Of a DNA stretch of 64,000 nucleotides, positions 32,975 to 45,820 are shown in pieces. Each line of letters opens with the position of its first letter. Within the stretch, counting starts at the first letter, position 1. Source of the DNA: Macrostomum lignano (Eukaryota); contig NIVC01003088.1 in assembly GCA_002269645.1 (NCBI GenBank), forward strand, positions 56,260-120,259, given 5' to 3'. A program made the translations under genes and the position numbers. The notes beneath the pieces were generated by a model. It saw nothing but the letters and a program-made list of their open reading frames with translations. It had not been told where the DNA came from and did no database searches.

Positions 32975-33120
32975 GCCCCTGGTGCTAAAGTCCCTGGTGC
33001 TGGCGCCCCTGGTGCTGGCGCCTCTGGTGCTGGCGCCTCTGGTGCTGGCGCCTCTGGTGCTGGCGCCCCTGGTGCTAAAGCCCCAGGTGCTAAAAGCCCC
33101 TTGGTGCTGGCGCCCCTGGA
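32975..33120. repeat. 15 bp GC-rich tandem repeat GGTGCTGGCGCCCCT
   Basis: About 9 units; possibly a transposon subterminal repeat. Confidence 0.85.
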
Positions 33121-33499
33121 GGGCAACACAAAAACATTAAGCAAAAATATTTTCACTGTTGGCAATAACAAAATTTCACAAAAATACGCGATAAGTTATG
33201 GCAACAGGTGGCAAAACAGGGTTTAACTTGCGTAGATGATTTGTACTTTGTAGCAAATTATAGTTTTTGTTTATGTGCAGACTTGCGTACGTGTGACAAA
33301 CAGGATCAGTAATTCAATGGAGACAGCTTTATCTACTTAGGCGGATTTTGTGCCTACGCACAATGCATACATGTATATGTAAGCGGATTAAGCCAAAACA
33401 ATTTGATAAGTGTGTCGGGGGGTACCAGCTAGGTGCCAAAAGTCGAAAAAGAGCAAAACAAAAATATCTCAGTCAGATTAGCACTCCATCATCCATTCC

Positions 33500-36400
33500 T
33501 TTCTTTCTCCATGGGGTGAATATAAAAACCCGCTACTCTCATTAACAGTTTTCGTCATTGACGCACTTTTCGATACTACTTTTCGTAGAGTGCTACGTTT
33601 AGTAGATTGGCGGGAAAATGTCTACCAAAATCTGCAAAGGCGCGCCATTGGCACCTGAAGTAGCCTTCAATGGAGATGAGCTGTAGGTTGGAATTATTAT
33701 GTGCGAAAACTCACACCAGGATGGCTAGTTTATATCGTTCACATAGGCGCTTTGGGCACCGCCGCCAAAAACTGACACCTGAGAAGTGTCACCCCGCACA
33801 CGGACACGTACAACATACCACACGCTTAGACAGGGTGCATAGCGTCCGGCCCGGCCTGACTCTCTTATCGTCTGGCTGTGCATGTACACACTTTGTATGC
33901 CCCGGAGGTTGGCCCACATACGTTCGTACATGCATGAAGAGTGAATCGCATGGCAGCTTTGGTGGAGTAACCAAAAATTATTGTGGCCATTGGCGAAATC
34001 GAACCAATTGGTTAGAGGCCTCTGAAGCTGAGAAGCTGAGAAAGTGAGCAACTGCAGACCTGCCAGGAGCCCCCGGAGGTCCGGTCTGGTTCAGCGCGCG
34101 CTGGACCAGGCCAGGAACCTCCGGGCGCATCTTGAGCGGGTCTGCACTTCTCGTGCTCCAACCCAACAGCCAGAAGACCAGGTTAAAAGCGTGGAGGCGC
34201 TGACTGACTGGTTAGAGGCTGTCACTCACTAGGAAGTTGGCGTCACCCGCATCGACCTGACCAACGAGGCGGAGGGTATGGGTAGTGACGGCGCCGAAGC
34301 ATACAGGGGAGGCGACGGAAACGTCCACGCTGGGCTCACGTCCGCGGAGGACTCCACAGCCACCTTAACTGCCGAGGACGCTGAAACTCCCATGGAGGTC
34401 TGCGGGCCAACCACCTCCGAGGATGAGTAGGATGACCTCTGAGGAGGATGACCTGCTCCACGATTCCCCAACTGCGTGATAATGATCAGCAGCCTGGGAA
34501 TCCGATGCCGATCAACTTGCAGCACTGCGTCGCAGCCTCGGTCAACCTTATGCGTTAGGCCGAGCTCCACATACCGGGGCTCATCCTCGTCCAGGAACCT
34601 TGGACCCTCAGAGGTTAGCCTCAGAACGCCCCTTCCGGCTACAACTGTTTCTATACTTACCCCGGCAGTGCCAATCAGCCTCCCAGAGACTGCATTTTTC
34701 CCGGCAAAACGCTCAGCGCGTGACACAGATCGGACCTGTCTAACAGGGACATCTGCGTCATCCAATCTGAAGATCTCCTTCCTGGAAAAACCACTCTCAT
34801 TGCCTCGCTTTACCTACCAGGTGATGCTGCGGTCGTCGTTAGAACCCTCGCTACGCTGGTCGAGCTTTGCTCTGCCAAAAACTGCGAGCTCATGGTTGCC
34901 GGCGACATTCAACGCCCACCATACTCACTGGGGCAGCAAGGGCATTAATCAGAGAGGCGAAGACTCCTAGCCTACGTTGCCTCTACGACCCTTGAGTTCT
35001 GCAACTCTGGGTCCACCCCTACATTTGACAACGGGCGCTGATAGGAGGTGATCGATACCACACTCGCAACACCCGGGCTCTACAAAAGCATTGCCTGGCG
35101 GGTGCTTCCAGCCTCCTCACTCTCCGATCACAAGTTCATCTCCTTCAACCTGATGGCCGCGCGCAGCAAAATCGTGTTACATGGAGACTGGACATCAGAA
35201 ACACTGATTGGGAAACCTTCGGGCTCGCCCTGAAGGAGTTTATCGGTTTTCCGGCCAACCATCCACGATCACGTCGACTTGCCAAGGAGCGGATGAGTGC
35301 GCGACTTTGTTGACAGAAACGCTAACCGCCGCCTTTGAGGCATCATGTCCTTTAAAAGCCTATAAAGGGAAAAAATCTGCGCAGTGGTGGAATCCCGAGC
35401 TCGGCAACCTCCGTCGCAGTGCTAAGAGACTCCATTGCAGAGCAACTGAAGCCAAGAGCCCAGCGGACCAAACCGCCTATCATGAAGCAATCCATGAGTT
35501 TAAAAGGCAGGTCAGGAACGCGAAAGCTCAGAAATGGCGTCAATACTGCGAGGAGCTAGAGGCTTACACTCCACCTCCAGAATTGTTAAAGCAATTCAAA
35601 AGCAACGCTGGACAAAATGTCTAAGCTCTCCTCGGTCAAACGCACCGACGGCACGTCCATGGATAACCCAGGGGAAACGCTTGATGTAATGCTCTCTGCG
35701 TTTTTCCCCCAACGAGCCGGCCAACCTGACCACTCCGGGCCACTCTGAAGGAGGTCACGCGCTGGCTGACTCTATCATCACAGAGTACCGCGGCAAACTA
35801 CTTCAAAGCTTTCAAAGCCCCAGGACCCGACGGCATTGTACCTGCCCTCCTAAAAGAGACGGTTAAATGCATAGGCTTCCTGCGTAAACTGCGTAAGCCT
35901 TTTTCGGGCATGCATAACGCTTGGCCATGTCCCACAGGCTTGGACCGAGGCAAAGGTGATCTTTATTCCGAAACCAGGCCGCCCGGACTACCATTCTATC
36001 AAATCCTTCAGACCAATCAGTCTGACCTTCTCCCTGGTCAAGCTGATGGAAAGACTGGTGCTCTGGCGCCTCCTCTCTGTGAAGCTGAAGAACAAGCCTC
36101 TCAGCGAAAACCAGCACGCTTTTCAGGCGGGTCGCACGCAATGAAAGCGCGCTGCACGCCCTGGTCGATAAACTTGAGTAGGCCGTGCTTGGAAACGGCT
36201 TCGCTCAGGAGACCCTCTTGTAAATCATTGGCGCCTTCGATAACGTCCTCTTCGAGGCGTTCGGAAGAGCTCTTTGTAAGAGGCAAACGCACACAAATCT
36301 CACCAGATGGATCATGTACATGATCAGCCATCGCACGGCCACCGCCAGTCTGCTGGGCCACCAGAGGACGGTCTCGGTCTGCAAAGGTAGCCCGCAAGAT

Positions 36401-38300
36401 GGGGTGCTGTCTCCAGTGCTCTGGAATATGGTCATCGATGAGCTCCTTCGGGATGCTCGGCCTGACCCCATTCTCAAAGTAGTCAGAATGTCACCGCGGT
36501 GGCGTCTGGTCCGTCCCCAGATAACATCAGGGACCTTCAATTCTTCAGAATTTTTCTACGCCGCTGAGCAATGGGCGAATCTTTGTGGTCTAAAGCTCTC
36601 TGAGACTAAGACGGCAGCGATCATGTTAACCAGCAGGACCAAGTGGCAAATTCAGCCGCTCACGCTTTACGGAAGGGAAATCCCCTTCTGCAAGCAGACT
36701 AAATGTCTGGGTATTTACCCTGGACCACAGGCTGAACTGGTCGCCCCACGCTCAAGCAAAAGCCAAGAAGGCCCTCGCAGTCCTCGCGCAACTGCGTAGG
36801 GTCGTCGTCACCACTTTGGGGCGCACCCCCAAGCACCTCTGGTGGATCTACACTGCAATGGTTAGGCCTGCTATCTCGCACCGCGGCATGGTCTGGGCTA
36901 GCGCCCTGCGGATGAAGACCTGTCTGGAGACTCTCAGGAGAGCGCAAGGGGCCCATGCCGCATGATCGTGAGCGCCCCCGTCTGCTCTCCTTACGATGGC
37001 CTCAACATCCCCCGCTGGACATCTTTGTCCGCAGGGAAGCTGCTAAGACTGCCCGCCGTGTAATTGACGCTGGCATTCGTTTCCTGCCCCATAGGGCCAT
37101 GGCTACGCGCAAGCTCCTGCCTCACGCCGACCTCTTATACCTCAAAAACTTGAGAGACAGCGGCGGGCTCCACGTCTTATCTGACGTTGAACCCTGCACT
37201 CTCAACATCTTTTCAGCGCTACAAGGTCATCATCCCCTCAAAGGATGAGGTCCACTGCTACACGCACCGATCCATCAAAGACGGTCGCGCCGGCTTTGGG
37301 GTCTGCATCATCATTACAGCCGCGTCATTGCCACGCATGCCCAGCACACTGGCAGACCCTCCACAGTCTTCCAGAACGAAGCCCTTGCTATTAGCTCGAT
37401 CTTGCGCTGCAGAACTGAATGCCAAGGGTACGAGAGGAGAGACTATCGTTATCCACTCTGATAGCCAAGCGGCCTTACAGGCCCTTTGCCACACCACCAC
37501 AAACTCCCGGACAGTCGCTGACTGCGCCCGGCAGCTCAACCTCCTGGCCAGTAGCAATACTATCAGGTTGAAGTGGATCCCAGGGCGCGCAGGGTTTCCG
37601 GGGAACGAGTTGGCAGACACACTCGCCAGGAGGGGCGGCTTTGGCTCTTTCCTTGGCCCTGTTCCCTTGGTCCGAGAGCGGCCGATTCCAGAAAGTTGCA
37701 CGTATCGGTTCTGGACGGGTTAGTCCATAGATCACCCGGACAAAGCTGCGTCAGATAGGCAGGGCAGTTGAAGAGGTATGCCACCGTTTGGGGCTCAAAG
37801 CCACAGTCGGGACAAACCGCCACGACGCCAGGGTTGATCCTCGACTGAAAATCGCGGAGAAGCGGGCAGAAGCCGGAGCGAAGCTGCACCACCATCATCT
37901 CCAGCCCTTGTCATGACCTTTACCGGCCATGGCTACCTCGCTAGGCACTGCTTTCTCCGAGGTGATCTCGAGAGAGTGAACTTTGCCCTTTTTGCACGTA
38001 CGACAATAAAGATACTCAGCACTTTGTTTGTCACTCACTGCCCTTTCTTTACGAGAGACCGGCTACGCTACCTCGGGCCGACCCGTCCATTGACGAGGTC
38101 TCCCAGCCCGACAGCATTCCACGGCTCATCTACAATAGTTCCTTTGGGCGACTAGACAAGCCCCCTTATTTCCTACAAAGATCACGCTGCAGGACGGACC
38201 GGCGGACCACCCTGACCGGCCCCACGCATCTACCTGTCTACGGGCTTTCAGGGGCTACCGCTGTGTCTACGGACCAGTACCAATTGCAGCTAAGTCAAGT
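33500..38300 (+). mobile_element. Degraded LOA/R1-group non-LTR retrotransposon (APE, RT, RNase H); 5' boundary approximate
   Basis: Frameshifted motifs NAHHTHWGS, SDHKFI, WWNPEL, FIPKPGRPDY..SFRPISL, GSPQDGVLSPVLWN, IHSDSQAAL, WIPG..GFPGNELAD, TGHG. Confidence 0.85.
37690..37905 (-). mobile_element. Antisense C-terminal fragment of a different LINE (QLRSG...CPDCG...LFNCP...DLW) inside the LOA relic
   Basis: Motif string in ORF 37563..37898; replaces host sequence between RNase H and TGH motifs. Confidence 0.65.
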
Positions 38301-38459
38301 AATTCAAAGTTGTCCAGCCAGTCGAAGTTGAAATTAGTCTATTTCAAAGTTGATATCCACTTCTTCCATTTTGAAAATTGAATCCTTTCTTTCTGCTCCT
38401 ATAAAATAGTATGTGCCTGTCTAATTATGTGTCTATGACATAAAGGGCCCTCCCTTTGG

Positions 38460-38804
38460 CACCCTTACCCTTTGCCTCGTGGTAATATCATATCTGTAGA
38501 CTACATAGTGCATGAAAGTATGATCAGCACGTGTCTGTTCATTCGGTGTCTAATTCTGTCGCTATTGCGCGGCGCATTTGAAGACTGCGTACGGCTGTTC
38601 AGTCCAAGGACTGCATTAGGGTCGCCACACACATCCTCAATTACCCCAGCTATTGCTGGCACCCAATTTTACAGCTGAGTGAACTGAAGCAATGCAGAGT
38701 TAAATGTCCTGTTCAAGGACACAGATTGTTCCGAGTGGTTCGAGAATCGAAACCCAGACCTTTCAGTCGTGAGTCCGATGCCCTAACCACCAGGCTACAA
38801 CCCC
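38460..38804 (-). mobile_element. tRNA-derived SINE, second copy
   Basis: Reverse complement aligns with 3709-3933. Confidence 0.8.
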
Positions 38805-39784
38805 ATACTACATGCAATGTAGGCTATGGAAGTAATGTACCATGCAATAAAAACGGTAACTTTTCTTAATTTAGGAAGCCGCCTCGGGCCAAAAATTTCA
38901 GATTTATGTGATCGTGGTAATATCAGGTTAAGAATTAAGATGTCCATTAACTGTTTCAAATTAAGATATGGGCCTTCTAATAAAGTGTACAAGCATGACA
39001 TACATAGGGCATCGAATGTAAGGATTTTGGACAAGAAAGTCAAGTTCTGAGTCAATGTATCTTACTTTAAATTCAATTTATTTAAAATGAACCCCGAGAC
39101 AGGCTAGACCTCTAAACACAAGAACTGTGCAATACTAATACAAACAACTCCTGTACTTCATTTCTTCAGTTAACCCATAAAAGTAAATTAACTAGCCAAT
39201 ACAAGAAACACAAACACAAACAAATATAGAAAACAACTCATAAATAAATAATAAATTTTAGAATTATTTGATCAAGTCAGAAAAAACTCCAGATAGAAAT
39301 TTAATTTTGTTATCTTTTGGGTCCCTAATGATTAAAGGTACGCGCGTACTTCTGTAGAAATCAGTAATCATTTTCAGCCCGATGTCCCAATTTAAAGTTC
39401 CTAAAAATTTCTAACAAGCAATTTTAGCTGCGTAAGCATATATATATATATATATGACAGACAATGACAATTACAGTAGAAATCAAAGAGACACGTGTTA
39501 TAAGAAAATCGTACATTTCAAAATTCGTGTCATTTTTAAAAAAAAATATTCTGTTATAAAAGTCGAGAAAAGCTTAACAAAATAGTTTTTACAGAAGAAA
39601 GTTGTGTAAATGTATTTTTTCGGCCAAGTTATTAATTCAATTAAAAAGATATTGTATATAGTTTTAATTTGTTTTTATCATTCCAATTCTTAAACGAGTT
39701 ATTCAAAAGCCAATCCTAAAAGAAAAATGCATTACACGCGCTATTTACTAGTCAAAAAAGGCTCACGTACATTCCGATAGCGAA

Positions 39785-40963
39785 ATGATCGGCATGAAAT
39801 TTTTCGCCGGCATTCTTGTTTCATGCAATGTCCTGTTTTGTTTATCCATGCTACATGTACACCTCACAACGGACTACTTTCATCAGATAAGAAAAATTCC
39901 CAACGCTATACTTTCTATAAACCGTCCAGACAGAACCAGCAGAAGCGCTGTGACACGTCAACCCGATCCTGAACTTATTGAGAAAAAATCTTCCGATTTT
40001 AGCTACGGACACGCTGAAGTCTTTCACTTGCAGAACAGCTCCATGTACTTCGTCCATACACGCGAACGTATGCCTCTTATGCGACGAGAGAATCGCGAGC
40101 TTGACCAAAACTATCGAACGCGTATTGGGAGAGACTGGATGCGCACCAAAACTGCCGTATTTGTCGCGTCAGTGCGAAACGCCAAGGAGCGCTTGCAGAA
40201 AAACGTCGTGGAGTTGCAAAAATTGGGCAAGCTCTTCAAAGACTACTGGATGATTTTCGTTGAGAATGACTCGAACGATGGCACCCGAGAGTTTCTTCAC
40301 GACGTGCGTCGGAAACACAATCAGACGGTGATTCTCGGATGCACGCCAATAAACTCAAGAGCCCCGTGCAAAATTAACATCACATACAGGTCCGGGAAGG
40401 TGCACAGACCCGGCTGGGGACAGCAGCGTACGGAAGAAGAACTCGTTGATCGCGGCATCACAATGAGTGTCCTCAGAAACATGTACCTGAACTACATTTA
40501 CGACAGTTTGGCCGATAAAGTTGATCTGATGATTTCAGTTGATCCAGATCTGGAGTGGGATCCATGGAGCTTGGACAACATTGCTCAGGGAATTTACTAC
40601 TTCAGCGCCAAGCCCAAACTGGACGTACTTTGCGCCAACAGCCGCTTTCGAAACGGACTCTACGATCCCTGCTCTCGCACCTATTTCAGCAAGAAGCGGT
40701 TCTGCAGCGTTACTGAATACGATCGCAGCATCATCACGGATGAAATTGCTATAAACCGGAACAGCATTCCAGTCAAAGTGGAGTCCTGCTACCAAGCCTT
40801 CGCTGTCTACAGAGTGAGCAGCCTAGCGAAAGACCGGCTGCATCATTATCCAGCACCTGCTGAGCGGAGCTGCGAGCACAACACCCTGGCTAGACGTCTG
40901 CGAGAGATCTACATCGATCCTGGCATGCGGCTCGTCATCAAATACCTGTTTAACCATGCCTGA
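39785..40963 (+). CDS. CAP59/GT69-like glycosyltransferase, intronless, 392 aa (copy 2)
   Basis: Core differs from copy 1 at only 7 residues; same motifs. Confidence 0.7.
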   Translation: MIGMKFFAGILVSCNVLFCLSMLHVHLTTDYFHQIRKIPNAILSINRPDRTSRSAVTRQPDPELIEKKSSDFSYGHAEVFHLQNSSMYFVHTRERMPLMRRENRELDQNYRTRIGRDWMRTKTAVFVASVRNAKERLQKNVVELQKLGKLFKDYWMIFVENDSNDGTREFLHDVRRKHNQTVILGCTPINSRAPCKINITYRSGKVHRPGWGQQRTEEELVDRGITMSVLRNMYLNYIYDSLADKVDLMISVDPDLEWDPWSLDNIAQGIYYFSAKPKLDVLCANSRFRNGLYDPCSRTYFSKKRFCSVTEYDRSIITDEIAINRNSIPVKVESCYQAFAVYRVSSLAKDRLHHYPAPAERSCEHNTLARRLREIYIDPGMRLVIKYLFNHA

Positions 40964-41959
40964 ATGACTATAGTAACAACTCGTGCCTTGTAGAAAATTA
41001 GAGAAACATGTTCAACTAACAGGAAAGCATTGATTCAGAATAGTTATAGTTGTTGCATTAGTAAAAATACAAAATTGGTGTGCTAGCATTATAAAAGACA
41101 CTAGTAACAGCTGGAAAAAATTAGGTGCGTGTGCATATCTCGCTTGAATTGAGTGCAGAAATGAACTTCCTTTCTTAGTCAATGACTTTAGCACCAGTGG
41201 ATCTCACTCAACCTTTAAGATAATCCTCAATTTGTTTAGCCTTGGGATCAGCTATATCGTGAGCTAACCCGATTAAGGAGTGCGCACAGCTGCAATTCAA
41301 GGTGGTTCAAGACCAACATAGCATTGGCTGTTGTCTCATACTCTTAGGCAATACCGTTGGAGACCTTAGCTCTCTACTCTGTTGACAGTGCAGTGCTGAA
41401 AATAATAGCGCACACCACAGATCCTAAAAAATTGGTGTCAACTCAATATGAAAAGTGGTCACTTTCTTCGCTTGATTACACACACGGAATGAATGATTCC
41501 TGCACGGTCACAAGTTCTCGATGTCCTTCACGCACGATTGAACGTGAAGGAATCCCATTGTCGGATTATTCATCGTGCAGGAATGCACAAAACCGTGCAG
41601 GAATGCATTTCTGCGCCTAATGCTTTTTCAGTGAGATTTTACCATAGACATCCATTCCTGCACGCAAGAGTGCAAGAATGCCATTCCTGCATGGAAAATC
41701 AGCCGACAATGCCGTCACCCAACAGCCGACTCGCCTTCATCTGCAGCAGAAATTCAACAACCATGAGTCACGCTTTCCAAGACGTGCTACTTATGACGTA
41801 TTCAGGTGGTCCTGAGGCGTAACCCATTGAACACCATCGAGTGCAATTGCCAAATTTCTTCGGAGTGACGTGACTGCAACGAACTGGCTGCACAATCTGG
41901 GCTAGTGAATCTAGAGTCCGTTCGCATAAGAGACCTAAAGGTGTGCTCAGGCAACTTCG

Positions 41960-42520
41960 AAGATGACGTCTATTCGTGCCCTTCGGGCAAAAGATATGAG
42001 AACGGCGCCCGTATCATCTCAGCAAAAACTAATGCTGCCAAATCTAACCCAAAAGTGTGACGAGGATTCAGTTCAATGCGCTGATGATCTCGATGAGTAT
42101 TTACGCGTATTACGTATACTGAGTTCATTAATCTTTTCGGTGTCAAAGTGCCATAGGATCAAAGTGACCACTGCTCTCACTGTCAATGTTTATTGGGTCC
42201 GCTTCTGTCCGCTTCTGAAAAGCTAATGCATAGCTTTTATTACCAAGTTAGAAAACGGAAATCCAAGGTTGAGACAGGTTGGGCCATAGTCAACAAAAAT
42301 CCTGACTTATAATTTACTGAAAGACAAGCAGTTAAATCTAGAATGGGACTCCGAACTGTCACTTTCCACTGTCTGCTGCTACAATTAGCTGACGGTTTAC
42401 GTGTCCGCGCAGTCGCTTTCTTGAATTATACAGGCTGTGCTTTTGTCTTTGACAGAACTCTGGCTATATATAGCAAGTTTGGACGTCCGATTCTAGATTT
42501 AATTGAGCCTTGTCTCTCAT
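41960..42520 (+). mobile_element. Highly degraded CR1/L2-like RT remnant
   Basis: CADDL, FSVSKC and YSKFGRPILD resemble YADD, FNxxKC and YxSLVRPILEY. Confidence 0.4.
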
Positions 42521-42639
42521 TCAAGTTTCTCAGTCAGGCTGTGTATGTTTTCTATGGCTCAACCTGTCTCCACTTTAGATTTCCGTTTTCTAACTTAGCA
42601 ATAAAAGCTATGCATTAGCCAAGTCAGAAGCTTAAAAAA

Positions 42640-44430
42640 GGAAATCCAAATTAAGTTTTTAGTCTATGGTACGAACAGAGTGAAAATCAAGAAAGATATT
42701 ACTATACAACGAAATAAAACTATATTGCTGCAAGGACTTCTGCGATATAAATTTACCATAGAATAGAATCCTCCACGTGGAGCACCAGACCGCCGAGGTA
42801 GGAGAACCGCTGGCATCTTTCTATGGTACAACTGCAAGCCGCGATAATGGACTATTAAATCCCTGCTTTCAAACTTTCAGGGTCATAAAAAAGCCATAGA
42901 CGCCACAGCGGGCTATACTCTCTTTTCTTTTCAGGGATGCAATTTTCGCGAAACCCACAAGTTCACCCGCTCGGCTTGCTCACAAAACTAAAAATTGCAG
43001 CTTCTCTCATGTTTCGCTTTGTATCCTTTCTAGTTGACTTTCCGAGATGAAAGCGGACCATAGCGTTTAATAAAGTGATTTAAATCACTTTAAAGCTCAC
43101 TTTCAGGGAGGTTATTGACATTTTATTTTGCGGGATTTAATCGATCACTTTCCCGGACATATTGCAAGGATTATGTATCATATTAAACATGCCTTTTTCG
43201 GGAGTTATTTTCATAAATCCCTCGGGCCTCAGGGGGATAACTCCCTCAAAAGGCATGTTTAATCTGATACATAATCCTTGCAATATGTCCGGGAAAGTGA
43301 TCGATTAAATCGATTAAATCGATTATCGGGCCTCAGGCCCTCGTGATTTATACAAATAACTCCCTCAAAAGGCATGTGTAATCTCGTATAAACCATAGAC
43401 ATAAAGACTTTACGGGATATTATGTAATATTACCAAAGAAAATCCCGGAGAACGCAAATATTGTCACGGAAAGTATTTATTTCTATGGATTATTGTATGT
43501 ATCTAAATAAGCGAGCTTCTCTCTTCTCTTCCTTCGTGACTCGATAAATTTCTTAATGAAATTTTGTCTATGGTAAGACATAGCTTTGCTCCCACACCCA
43601 CATTCCCAACTTCAACCATAAACATACAAGCATGGCTCCGGGATTTATCTGAATACATCCCGCAAAATTAAAGTAGTTTAAATGTTAAATTTTAGGTTTA
43701 AAAGTTGCAGGGATTTAATTGAGGTAATGCATGGTTTTTACGGATTGTATTAACTTTGGCTCTCGGCTCTCGGGGATTTAAAAAATACAAACCTAAAAAC
43801 CATGCATTATCTTCTACATTAAGCCAGGAGCTGTCGGGTGCGCGACATCAAATCGTGTCGGAGGCGGAAACCAATGCGTTGATAGCCGCCACAGTACCAC
43901 CAAATACGGTCAAAAAGAGCGAGTGGATGATCTCGACGTTTAAGGAGTGGAACGAGTGCAAGAAAGAAGATTGGACAAAGAATAGTGGCTCCATTCTGAT
44001 GGTGTTGAAAGCTATGGACAAGTTTACTAGGTCCGATTTGAATTACCTTTTAAAATATTCATCCTCGAGGTAAGGAATAAGAAACATTAGCGTTACTCTG
44101 CTGGGACTCAAGAAGTCGGGCTCAAGAAGTCTAAACCTGTGACGAAATCTATCGAAGATGACTGCTGCTGGACTGCTGGTGTGTTAGGTTCCCACAATTC
44201 TGAACAACTATAGTTCACACCGTAATTTGGCTACTTAAAAAGCACTTCGGCCTGCGAGGTGGCAGTGAGCTACGCGATTTGGAATTCCAAGGCGAGATCA
44301 ATTTGCACGGCAGTGGTGTTGAACTTTAACTGAACTTTGAACTTGTTGAACTTTCTTGTTTACCTTAAAATCTTTAAAATGAAAAATTAAGTTTTTAGTC
44401 TATGGTACAAAGCCGAGTGCAAATTTATTT
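42640..44430 (+). mobile_element. Crypton-type (DUF3504 tyrosine recombinase) transposon relic
   Basis: VSEAETNAL..TVPPNTVKKSEW..FKEW; EVRNK..RYS; WTAGVLGSHNSEQL; KHFGLRGGSELRDL; direct repeat AAATTAAGTTTTTAGTCTATGGTAC near 42648 and 44385. Confidence 0.7.
43134..43311. repeat. About 65 bp near-perfect inverted repeat within the Crypton-like region
   Basis: 43134-43198 pairs with 43248-43311. Confidence 0.9.
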
Positions 44431-44463
44431 CTTTCGGGGCAGCGGGAAATAAGATCAATCATA

Positions 44464-45403
44464 TATCCCCCAGTTGCACTGGTGCAGCAGTCTATGGTTT
44501 AATTGTTTATTTCATTTATTTGCACCGTTTGCGCAATAAATGCTTGAGTGAAAAGTTTATTGACCGAGGCAAAAATATGTTTGCCGTAGACACTTGTATA
44601 AATCAAGGACGACTTAAGTAGAAGGACGGGAAACCTCGTTTCTTAGAAAATTTTTGAAGGCACTTTTTCCCGAAAAAATACACTGCGGAGATAGGAAATT
44701 TTCATTTTTTCAGCACAAAAATTGCTATAACTTTTGATAGGAGGCAGATCCAGTGTTGATCTTTTGATATGTTGTGCCTTTTTTATTGCTCTATCGATAT
44801 TTATAAAGCTTTCCGTTCAGAAAATTAGGATTCTATGTTAATTTTTTATTCTACGTATATTTTCATGTGTCTTGTGCTTGAAATACATTAGAATGCCACG
44901 GCTTGGCTCTTTGATTTTATGAGTCTATTTTATCCTTCTTACCTGACTGTATAGCAAATAGTCGTAACATAGATGATAAAATAGATTCATAAAACCAAAT
45001 ATTAGAGCTGTGTCATGCATTTTTGTGATTTTTAGATACAGGAAATATACGTAGAATAAAAAATTAACATAGAATCCTAGTTTTCTGAACGGAAAGCTTA
45101 TCGATAGAGCAATAAAAAAGGCACAACATATCAAAAGATCAACACTGGATCTGCCTCCTATCAAAAGTTATAGCAATTTTTGTGCTGAAAAAATGAAAAT
45201 TTCCTATCTCCGCAGTGTATTTTTTCGGGAAAGAGTGCCTTCAAAAATTTTCTAAGAAACGAGGTTTCCCGTCCTTCTACTTAAGTCGTCCTTGGTATAA
45301 ATGGGGAATATTTGATGTATCCATCGGTGGCCATTTATTAGCAGTCAGTAAATGAAATAAACAATTAAACCACAGACTTCTGCACCAGTGCAACTAGGGG
45401 ATA
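44464..45403. mobile_element. Outer foldback element with 55 bp inverted ends
   Basis: 44464-44518 vs 45349-45403, few mismatches. Confidence 0.7.
44604..45294. mobile_element. hAT/P-like MITE with about 250 bp TIRs (CAAGGACGAC...) and 8-bp TSD GTATAAAT
   Basis: TSD at 44596-44603 and 45295-45302. Confidence 0.88.
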
Positions 45404-45820
45404 CATCTAATGTTGTTTATGGAACACACAAACTAAAGACGAAATTTGCTGCAGCAATAAAATAAAAGATCAGAGAGACAACTTTGCGAATCATTTTGCT
45501 ATTTTGCAGCAGCAATGACGTTGAAATAGTATTTTTATTCAACTCATGCTTTGAACAGAAAAAGGCAATAATATACGCCGCATTGACTTAAAGCAAAGAA
45601 CACGAAAGAAGGAAGAAAGAAGCAAAAAAGCAAAAAAGGGTAGAAACGCAATTGAATTTACTCAATCTAAGTCGGAAAGCCTAAGAGCTAATCTGCATCC
45701 GCCGCTTTGAGAGCCTGAAATTTCAGCTTATAGAAACAAATAGCCGTGAATATTTCAGAGAAATTGTTCAACTTATATTTATACTAACAGTAGCGCGACA
45801 CGAACAGAATGTCCGTAAGT

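Noticed and set aside
33400-33950. HDV-like ribozyme at the LOA element 5' end
   Set aside because: No P3/L3/J4-2 arrangement found by eye
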